Below are positions 7,857-14,241 of a stretch of DNA of 14,241 bases, one piece after another. Positions within the stretch are counted from its first letter, which is position 1, and every line of letters begins with the position of its first letter. The translations under genes were made by a program, and so were the position numbers. The notes beneath the pieces are model-generated. The model had not been told where the DNA came from. It was given only the letters and a program-made list of their open reading frames with translations, and made no database searches. The DNA is from Candidatus Bathyarchaeia archaeon (GTDB taxonomy: Archaea > Thermoproteota > Bathyarchaeia > Bathyarchaeales > Bathycorpusculaceae). The stretch is taken from assembly GCA_049969855.1 (NCBI GenBank), contig JBMFOB010000025.1, positions 1-14,241 on the forward strand, in the 5' to 3' direction.

Positions 7857-8750
7857 CTATCCAGACTTTAATTCAATTTTTATTTTTCCCTTAGCTCCTA
7901 AACTTTCAAGAGCCTTCTCAATTTCTTCATAAGAGGCTTTTAAGTCAGCCGAGCACCGTTTTAAGTCAATTTCTCCATTACTCTTCTTAACATATTCGAG
8001 GAGAACATCCTCTAATGATGGTTTTTCAACTTTTAGGGAAATTTCCTGAATTTCAGCTTTCTTAAAAGAAAGTAGGGTTTGAGAAGAATTCCTATCCGAA
8101 TCCTCAACTGTTTCATGCGCCACCGCCTGCGAACAGTTAGCTGCTAAGGCAACCATCTCTTTCAACGTAGTTTTTTCAGTTTCAGGAGTTTCTAAAGCGG
8201 CGGGCGGTTCAGGGAGCTCCTCACTCAATTTTTGCTCAAGGAAACTTGAAACTTCTTTCAGTATTTCTTCCCCACCAGGCGTTTTCTTACCTACTGGGAT
8301 TATGGATTCGTCCGCTGTTATTTTTGTTGAATACAATGTCTCGCTTATTGTTTCGTTAACCTTGCTAAGTTCGGATGAAACGTCTGGCAAAACTTCAAAC
8401 AGCTGTTGCGAAACGCTTTGGAGAATTTTTAAAGCTGGTTTTAGGTCGAAAACTATGTCGCTTAACTCTTTTATTGTTTCAAGTCTGAGAATTACACGTT
8501 CTATGGCTAATTCTACATTGTAAAGAAACTTTATCAACTTTCTAATTTCTGCAATTTCGTTGGCGCAGAGGGTTGCCCTTTCCTTGTTCTTATTGTTAAG
8601 AGCACTTATGCATGTTTGAAATAGGATTCTGTCTCTTTCTTTCAGCCTGAAACTTGCCTGCTCAAGCTTGTTGCGTTGAACCTTTAAGGTTTGTATGGAT
8701 TTTATAACTACTTCACGGAGTGGAGGGCGTTGACGAATAAATCCTTTAAT
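7857..8750 (-). CDS. cdvB: ESCRT-III/Snf7 protein CdvB with MIM2-like motif and C-terminal winged helix (probable AUU start)
   Basis: The ORF track starts at 8537, but the frame is open to 8768 and encodes the Snf7 helix-1/2 (KLEQAS..RD..F...ANEIAEIRK). GGAGG at 8763-8759 lies 8 nt before ATT at 8750 (297 aa). EELPEPP at 8222-8202. C-terminal 'LLEYVKKSNGEIDL...IEKALESLGAKGKIKI' is wH-like. Confidence 0.85.
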   Translation of the reverse strand: MKGFIRQRPPLREVVIKSIQTLKVQRNKLEQASFRLKERDRILFQTCISALNNKNKERATLCANEIAEIRKLIKFLYNVELAIERVILRLETIKELSDIVFDLKPALKILQSVSQQLFEVLPDVSSELSKVNETISETLYSTKITADESIIPVGKKTPGGEEILKEVSSFLEQKLSEELPEPPAALETPETEKTTLKEMVALAANCSQAVAHETVEDSDRNSSQTLLSFKKAEIQEISLKVEKPSLEDVLLEYVKKSNGEIDLKRCSADLKASYEEIEKALESLGAKGKIKIELKSG

Positions 8751-8781
8751 AGCTTTTCCCTCCGCCCGCTACTTCACACGC

Positions 8782-9522
8782 CTATATGCTTGCCTTTCCC
8801 ATTTCTTTCACATAAACTATTACAGGCGGCTCTGGAAGTTCAGGGGCACCAAGCGATGGCGTTGTTTCTTTTGAAGCTTCTGCGGTTACTTTGTCTTTCT
8901 CTTGCTCCATTGTTTTTGGCGTTTCACCCAATATAATGTTTGCAAGTTTGTTTTTTGTTAGTTCTAAGTCACTTTTCTTCATGTTTACTCTTTTCAGGTT
9001 TTCCTGTATTATTGAAAATGCTGTTTCATAAGATTGGTCGTCTATTTTTCCAATTTCATGTTCAATTTCAAGATGCACTAAAGCGTAGTTCAACTCCTTA
9101 ATTTCATTGGCGCATTTGACTATTTCTTTATCTGTCTCTTCTATGAGAGTTTGGGCTTCAGTTTTTAGTTGATTTAATGCTCCATCAAAATTGCTATGGA
9201 GTTCTTCGTAAAGTTCTGATGAAATTTTCTTCTTTTCTAAAAGTTCTTTGAGGGCTTGGTTTTTGCGCCACAATAGGGGAATCTGATCGCAGAGAACATT
9301 TGCCCCTGATTTAATGTTGGATATAAGCGTGACATCTGCACCGTCGAATTTTAGGTGCTCCATTGAGTATTTTAAGAATTTTCCGTCGCCTTGTTCTATG
9401 AAGACGGCGTCAAATTTTCCGCTTGGAGTTAAAGCGAAAGAAGCTATTTTGCCTATTGGACATCCGTATTCGTCTTTAATTTGTTTTCCAAGAGAAAGAA
9501 AAGGGTTGGGGTTTTGTGACAT
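8782..9522 (-). CDS. cdvA: Cell division protein CdvA
   Basis: 246 aa. N-terminal PRC-barrel-like 'LGKQIKDEYGCPIG', long coiled coil with 'LEIEHEIGKIDDQSY', C-terminal 'EPPVIVYV' beta-strand. Lies directly upstream of cdvB-cdvC. Confidence 0.9.
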   Translation of the reverse strand: MSQNPNPFLSLGKQIKDEYGCPIGKIASFALTPSGKFDAVFIEQGDGKFLKYSMEHLKFDGADVTLISNIKSGANVLCDQIPLLWRKNQALKELLEKKKISSELYEELHSNFDGALNQLKTEAQTLIEETDKEIVKCANEIKELNYALVHLEIEHEIGKIDDQSYETAFSIIQENLKRVNMKKSDLELTKNKLANIILGETPKTMEQEKDKVTAEASKETTPSLGAPELPEPPVIVYVKEMGKASI

Positions 9523-9538
9523 GTTTTCTCCCCCGTGT

Positions 9539-10201
9539 TTATGAGGTTTCTGTTGGCGCCTTTTCGCCTACTGGGGCTGTTGGAATTCCTGGCGGCAGCT
9601 CTGGGAACTTTTCTTTGATTCTTTGTTCTGCGACTGTTGCTGCTTCTGTGAGAATTTTCTGTGCATCCTCATTTACCGTGTCAAAGTTTAGGGTCATTCC
9701 AGAACTTTGTCCAGCCTCAATCATTATGCCACTTAAGAGATTTCCTATTTCGCCAAGTTCTGTTTCTGCTTCAGGGAAAACGCTTGCAAGTCCAGCTCTC
9801 ACGGATCTTAAAACTCCCACTGCAGGTCCTAATGTGGATACAACATCTCCAAGTTCTGATACGGTTCGTAACCTTAACACTATTTGTTCAAGGGCAAGCC
9901 TTGCATTTATTATTAGTTTTTCCATTTTGCGAATTTCAGCTAACTCGTTGGCGAAAACATTTGCGCGGGCGGTGTCATGTTTTGTGTAAGCGTCAACTAT
10001 CCTTGCAAATATTGCTTTGTCCCTCTGGCTGAACCTTTCAGATGCTTGATCCAACTTTTGAACTTGAAGCTCAATGCGTCTTACAGCAAAGTCTAAGCGT
10101 GGCTTTAAAGGCCCTGGTGGTCTCACAGCCTCTTTTATGCGGTTTGTGAAGGGTTGTTCTTCTCTTCTGCTTTCCCATTTTTTACCAAATCGTTCAGACA
10201 A
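9539..10201 (-). CDS. ESCRT-III/Snf7 paralogue (CdvB1/2-like, no winged helix)
   Basis: Snf7 core 'KLDQASERFSQRD...ANELAEIRK...ALEQIVLRLRTVSELGD' and C-terminal 'AQKILTEA...FPELPPGIP'. Start revised to TTG at 10201 (GGAGGT at 10213-10208), 220 aa. Confidence 0.9.
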   Translation of the reverse strand: MSERFGKKWESRREEQPFTNRIKEAVRPPGPLKPRLDFAVRRIELQVQKLDQASERFSQRDKAIFARIVDAYTKHDTARANVFANELAEIRKMEKLIINARLALEQIVLRLRTVSELGDVVSTLGPAVGVLRSVRAGLASVFPEAETELGEIGNLLSGIMIEAGQSSGMTLNFDTVNEDAQKILTEAATVAEQRIKEKFPELPPGIPTAPVGEKAPTETS

Positions 10202-10426
10202 ATTAATACCTCCGAAAAGAGAAGGCGCACAGAACAATCTTATACATTGTTAATATGTTGAAAACATGCACGTATATACCTAGAGCTATATGTCAGAGTA
10301 AAAACGGCTTTAGGCTTTAGTTGGAAAAATAAAAGATGCGGTTGCTGGTTTTGGAGTAATAGACATAAATGTGTAAGTTAGACTAAAAAGAGGCTTAATT
10401 TGAATTCTAAGCAAAGGTGAAATTAA

Positions 10427-10645
10427 ATGGGTGAAAGGTTAAAGGTTTTCGGATTAGTAGCACTCTTAGGATTCATAGCGGGAATCATAGCACAACTCGC
10501 AGCCGACTACGTCATCCCAGCACTACTCGAAGTATTACCAGCACTTGTCCAAATAAAATTCTTAGTTTCAGGGTTCGCAGGAGCATGCTTAACACTGGTT
10601 CTAATAAGCGTTTGGGCATACATCACAGGGCCTACGGAAAAATAA
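10427..10645 (+). CDS. Small hypothetical membrane protein (2 predicted TM helices)
   Basis: 72 aa. GGTGA SD at 10416-10420 before the ATG, two hydrophobic stretches. Divergent from the cdv operon. Confidence 0.8.
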   Translation: MGERLKVFGLVALLGFIAGIIAQLAADYVIPALLEVLPALVQIKFLVSGFAGACLTLVLISVWAYITGPTEK

Positions 10646-10664
10646 AATTCACTATTCCCTTTCT

Positions 10665-10862
10665 TTATTCACAAATTCTTAGCCCACACGCTGCTTTTGA
10701 ATAGGGAATGGAAAAGCAATTATTCATGTTATCAGCCATAAGATTAAAATCTTTTACCTCATTAGAATCATATGGACAATGAAGAAATCGAGGTACGAGT
10801 ACACAAATGTGGATGACGCCTTTTTCCCGCTTCTGAGTCCAGAATGCAACTCTTTCTTTCAT
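10665..10862 (-). CDS. Possible small Cys/His-rich hypothetical protein
   Basis: 65-aa ORF filling the gap, with ATG 6 nt after the methyltransferase stop; 5 Cys and 2 His. No SD and no recognisable family. Confidence 0.3.
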   Translation of the reverse strand: MKERVAFWTQKREKGVIHICVLVPRFLHCPYDSNEVKDFNLMADNMNNCFSIPYSKAACGLRICE

Positions 10863-10868
10863 GTATGG

Positions 10869-11477
10869 CTATTTTTCTGCCATTAACACGCGGTAGCCGC
10901 TTTTTCTCGCTAAAACTTTAAAATTTCCAAAAGCTTCTTCAAAAAATAATTTCAGTCTTTCCTTGCCGATTTTTGATTTTACAACCATTTGTAAAAAGCC
11001 CTTAGCAACCAAGTGTTCTGGTGCTCCAGAAATTATTGCCTTCACGGTTTTCATGCCAGCGCTTACTGGTGGGTTAGAAAGGATGCAGTTGAAAGTTAAA
11101 CCTTTAACGGGTTCGTAAAGGTTTCCGCGTTTAACTTCAACATTTTTTAAATGGTTGATTTCAATGTTCTTTTTTGTAAGCCAAACAGCTCTGCTGTTCA
11201 CGTCAACCATTACAACATGCAAATTAGGATTGAAAGCGGCAGCTGCAATTCCAACAGCACCATAACCGCAGCCAACGTCTAAAACATAGCCCTTTTCGGG
11301 AAGAATCATTGATTCAATGAGCAGTCTTGTGCCCAAATCTATATGTTTCTTAGAGAAGACTCCTGAAGCCGTTAAAAAATCGAAGGAGATTCCTCGGAGG
11401 TTTGTGTGTATTATTCCAAGTCTAAGCTTAGATTTTGGGTGTTCTTCAAAATAGTGGTTTACGCTTTTCTTTTGCAT
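10869..11477 (-). CDS. Class I SAM-dependent methyltransferase, RsmC/MTS-like
   Basis: 202 aa. HYF, GVFSKKHIDLGTRLL, motif I VLDVGCGYG, motif IV SNPP. TAA-ATG coupled to cbf5. Confidence 0.88.
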   Translation of the reverse strand: MQKKSVNHYFEEHPKSKLRLGIIHTNLRGISFDFLTASGVFSKKHIDLGTRLLIESMILPEKGYVLDVGCGYGAVGIAAAAFNPNLHVVMVDVNSRAVWLTKKNIEINHLKNVEVKRGNLYEPVKGLTFNCILSNPPVSAGMKTVKAIISGAPEHLVAKGFLQMVVKSKIGKERLKLFFEEAFGNFKVLARKSGYRVLMAEK

Positions 11478-12501
11478 TTATATTTCGCCGCTTCTCCAAC
11501 ATTTTGGGTATGTGCCTCTTGGCATTAGTACCCTTTCAGTTTTGGCGACCACTCCGTGTTCCATTTTGAAAATTTCTTCTGTTGAAGCTGCGGCTTTTGC
11601 GAGAGCTATTGCTTCGCCCTTTAATGTGAAAATGGCAACTATGGAGTCTTTGTTTATTCCAGTTTCAAGGGATAAAACTCCGGGTGCTGTTAAGCTTGCT
11701 CCGTGGCAGATGGCGTCAACAGCTGAATCTCTGATGTAAATTTTTGGAATGAGGGCTAAGGCTTTTTCCATGGGTTGTATGAATTTTCGCAGAATTTTCT
11801 CGTCTTTTTGTTTTTGCCATTCCATAAACCAGTAAGCCACATCATGCAAAGTTACAATGTCGCCATTTTCAACGAAGGGTCCAGCCCTTGTCCTGCGAAG
11901 TTCCTGCATGTGCGCTCCACATCCTAAAACTTCTCCTATGTCAAAACAGAGCTTACGAATGTATGTTCCTCCTTCACATCCAACTTTGAAGAGAACATTT
12001 CGCCCATCCATTTCAAGAAAATCCATGTAGTAAATTTTTCTGGTTCTCAGTTGACGCTTAACAGAAGCCCTCAAAGGAGGTCTCTGATAGATTATGTCTT
12101 CAAACTCGCTTAAGACTTCTTTAACCCGCTGTTCCGTCAAGTCTCCGTGAAGTTTCATTAGGCAAACGTATTCTTTGCCGCTGTAAAGCAAGGCTTGAAC
12201 GACTTTTCTAGATTCTTCTAGGGTTACGGGTAAGACGCCGGTCACTTTGGGATTTCTCTGGCTTTTAAGCCTCTAGAGTCCCGCCGTGACCAACGTTTTG
12301 AAGTTTGAGGATGCGTTTAACCCAAGCGGCAACTTCATGGCTTGTTGGACCAGCTGGTTTGTCAAGGTTTATGACACCATAGCGTATGTACTCTTCAGCT
12401 GGTCTTTCCTCTGGTTTATGCCCGTAGCGTGGATTCGTTTTATCCTCAGCCTTCACCAATAGTTGATGCTTAATTTCCCATGGAGCAATTGTTCTAGGCA
12501 T
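11478..12501 (-). CDS. cbf5: H/ACA RNA-guided pseudouridine synthase Cbf5 (TruB family with PUA domain), intron-containing; exons 12501-12273 and 12253-11478
   Basis: Two ORFs in different frames: the upstream one has INLDKPAGPTSHEV...GHGGTL, the downstream one VTGVLP, QRPP, GTYIRKLC, ELRRTR and the PUA domain. Removing 12272-12254 gives GHGGTLDPKVTGVLP, 334 aa from ATG 12501 (339 aa from GTG 12516). Confidence 0.95.
12254..12272 (-). other. 19-nt archaeal pre-mRNA intron with canonical bulge-helix-bulge motif
   Basis: Minus strand reads GGGA CUCU AG^A GGCU UAAA AGCC AGAG AA^A UCCC: a 4-bp central helix CUCU/AGAG, two 3-nt bulges and flanking helices. Cleavage after the second bulge nucleotide joins G+AU to form the Asp codon. 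Confidence 0.93.
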
Positions 12502-12554
12502 ATGTGAATGCATCACTCCTATAATGTAGAGAAAAAGCTTAGAAGTATAAGAGC

Positions 12555-12845
12555 TTAAACCGTGCCGATGGTTGGCTTAACCATCTGCGCCATTTCTTCC
12601 AGCTTACCAGCCTCTTTTAATGCTTCTGCCACTTCTTCGTCTGATGCTCCGCGTTTGATGGTTATTTTTTCTTGTAGGGGTTCGATGTGGTTTATGTTTG
12701 CCCTTCTCCTCTTCACGCCAGTCACATTTTTCGGTCCAGTTATTAATACGAAGCTTTTATCAATTATATCCACTATGACGCATTTTCTTCCAGCCTCTCG
12801 CCCAGTTAATTTTACACAGATTCTGCCAACCTCTATTGCTGGCAC
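12555..12845 (-). CDS. rpl14e: 50S ribosomal protein L14e
   Basis: [54 protein letters not shown] at 12845 is 7 nt after AGGAGG, a better fit than TTG 12851. Confidence 0.95.
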   Translation of the reverse strand: MPAIEVGRICVKLTGREAGRKCVIVDIIDKSFVLITGPKNVTGVKRRRANINHIEPLQEKITIKRGASDEEVAEALKEAGKLEEMAQMVKPTIGTV

Positions 12846-12944
12846 ACTCAAGCCTCCTTAAGAGCTTATTAGAAACCGTTATAGACACATATTTATTGGT
12901 TGCTCAATTAAGGGTTATGTTGGGGCGCTATATAATAGCAAGAT

Positions 12945-13625
12945 GTGTGTGAATTGGAGTTGAAGATAGGATTAGTAACCATTGGACAGTCGCCCAGAAC
13001 AGATGTGACGCCAATTTTAAGAGACATGCTTGGTTCACAAGTTGAGCTTATTGAGAAAGGAGCCTTGGATGGTTTAGAAAATAAAGAAATTGAAAAGTTG
13101 GCTCCCACAGCACGCGATTATATGTTGGTTACGCGGTTAAGGGATGGAACAAGTGTTAAGGTGACGAGAAGGCATATTACATCTAAAATTCAAAAGTGCG
13201 TAGAAGAACTCGAAGAGTTAGGTGTTGATTTAAATCTGCTTTTGTGCACAGGAGAATTTCCCCGCTTGAAGGCGAAAAAGCCTTTGATAATGCCAGACAA
13301 GCTACTTTCTAACATTGTTCGAGGCGTCAAGGGCGGAAAAATCGGCATAGTTGTCCCAGAAAAGGAGCAAATACCTCATATGGAAAGAAAATGGAGAAGC
13401 AATGGTATATCTGTTGTTATGACCAGTGCAAATCCTTACGGCGAAAACAAAGCTTTAGAAGAGGCTGCCAAATTTCTTGCCAAAAAAGATGTTGACTTGA
13501 TAATTCTTGATTGTATCGGTTTCACCCCGAAAGCTAAAGGGTTATTTAGCCATTTAACTGGGAAGCCAGTCTTACTGCCGCAAACAATCCTTGGAAGCAT
13601 ATTAAAAGATTTAGTTAGGCCATGA
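12945..13625 (+). CDS. AroM family protein (Asp/Glu racemase-like fold)
   Basis: TIGQSPRTDV, LVTRLRDG, LLCTGEF, SANPY, LDCIGF, GKPVLLP. The true start may be TTG 12954 or 12960. Confidence 0.88.
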   Translation: MCELELKIGLVTIGQSPRTDVTPILRDMLGSQVELIEKGALDGLENKEIEKLAPTARDYMLVTRLRDGTSVKVTRRHITSKIQKCVEELEELGVDLNLLLCTGEFPRLKAKKPLIMPDKLLSNIVRGVKGGKIGIVVPEKEQIPHMERKWRSNGISVVMTSANPYGENKALEEAAKFLAKKDVDLIILDCIGFTPKAKGLFSHLTGKPVLLPQTILGSILKDLVRP

Positions 13626-14241
13626 ATTTTTCAACAATAGCGTATAGAACGCTTGTTCCAAACACGAGATTTTCTATGGAAATCCTCTCGTCTATGCCAT
13701 GCGCCATTTTCAATATTTCGCCGTATGGTAAGTCTGCACGCATTGGTTCAAAACCATAGCATACGCTGCCCATCCTTCTGAAAAAGCGGGAATCTGTTCC
13801 ACCAGTGAGTAGGAATGGCACTGCAGAACAGTTAGGCTCAAACTCTTTCAGAATGTTCACAATCAAATCATAAAGCGGCGTGTTTGATGGCGATTCAGAG
13901 GGGTCATTGGCTTGGATTATTTCAAAATCCAACTTTTCTAAGCCCACATCTCCAAGCAAGTTTTTTATATACTCCAAAGCTTCTTTGGTGTTTTGTCCTG
14001 GCAGTATTCTGCAGTCGAAGACGGTTTCACATTCTGAAGGAATAATGTTCTCTTTAACGCCGCCGTGGATTATTGTTGGGGTTATTGTCATCCTGAGCAT
14101 GGCTCGAAGTTCTTCAGCCATAGCCTTATCCTGTTTGGCTAACACGTCTAATATTTGGTCGCCCATTTCTGGGTTTTGAAGCAAAAGCGAAACGCCTTGT
14201 TTCAATGTTGGATTTTCCTTTGCCATTTCATTTAGGAAACC
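13615..14241 (-). CDS. M20/M25/M40 family metallopeptidase/amidohydrolase, C-terminal part (5' end outside the window)
   Basis: ITPTIIHGGVKENIIP, DCRILPG, GGTDSRFFR, AHGIDERI. The frame stays open to the window edge. The 3' end overlaps the AroM gene by 11 nt. Confidence 0.9.
   Translation of the reverse strand, partial: GFLNEMAKENPTLKQGVSLLLQNPEMGDQILDVLAKQDKAMAEELRAMLRMTITPTIIHGGVKENIIPSECETVFDCRILPGQNTKEALEYIKNLLGDVGLEKLDFEIIQANDPSESPSNTPLYDLIVNILKEFEPNCSAVPFLLTGGTDSRFFRRMGSVCYGFEPMRADLPYGEILKMAHGIDERISIENLVFGTSVLYAIVEKFMA

Noticed and set aside
4760-10032. Alternative ORFs overlapping the S-component, wHTH and cdv genes (e.g. 4760-5023, 5625-5822, 7110-7442, 8302-8523, 8691-8936, 9516-9989, 9661-10032)
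   Set aside because: They overlap conserved genes, mostly in the mirror antisense frame, and have non-protein-like composition.
10202-10237. ORF-track N-terminal extension MFCAPSLFGGIN of the ESCRT-III paralogue
   Set aside because: It contains the GGAGGT SD that positions TTG 10201 as the real start.
10665-10862. Rpp21 or another known zinc-ribbon identity for the small ORF
   Set aside because: It lacks paired CxxC motifs; kept only as a low-confidence hypothetical.
11478-12516. cbf5 as a frameshifted pseudogene or two separate genes
   Set aside because: The break falls exactly in the catalytic Asp codon within a perfect BHB motif, and removing 19 nt restores the conserved motif and full length.
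11512-14179. Antisense ORFs 11512-11739, 12562-12861, 12908-13108, 13880-14179
   Set aside because: Mirror frames of cbf5, rpl14e, the AroM gene and the M20 gene.
1-14241. tRNA, rRNA, C/D-box sRNA, IS elements, defence systems
   Set aside because: By eye I found no cloverleaf, convincing box C/D pair, transposase or array in the short intergenic regions. A covariance-model search would be needed to exclude small RNAs.

Overview
Archaeal chromosomal window, probably TACK and most likely Bathyarchaeia (inferred from gene content, not from a marker). Left to right: (1) a minus-strand H4MPT/methanofuran C1 operon fwdD-fwdB-fwdA-fwdC-mch, with mch running off the left edge; (2) a divergent trio of an ECF S-component-like membrane protein, a winged-helix regulator and mobB; (3) a four-gene ESCRT/Cdv cell-division operon, cdvB-like/cdvA/cdvB(wH)/cdvC(Vps4), with a divergent small 2-TM protein; (4) rpl14e-cbf5-RsmC-like methyltransferase; (5) an AroM-family gene and a partial M20 metallopeptidase. 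The strongest hidden signal is a 19-nt intron in cbf5 with a perfect bulge-helix-bulge motif, whose removal restores the catalytic Asp codon. Other signals: cdvB has 71 homologous codons upstream of the called start and apparently needs an AUU start. The S-component gene has an out-of-frame AUG uORF overlapping an AUU. CdvA carries the same ELPEPP MIM2-like motif as CdvB. A relaxed BHB-like hairpin lies downstream of cdvC. FwdB has a ~48-aa insertion bracketed by inverted repeats.
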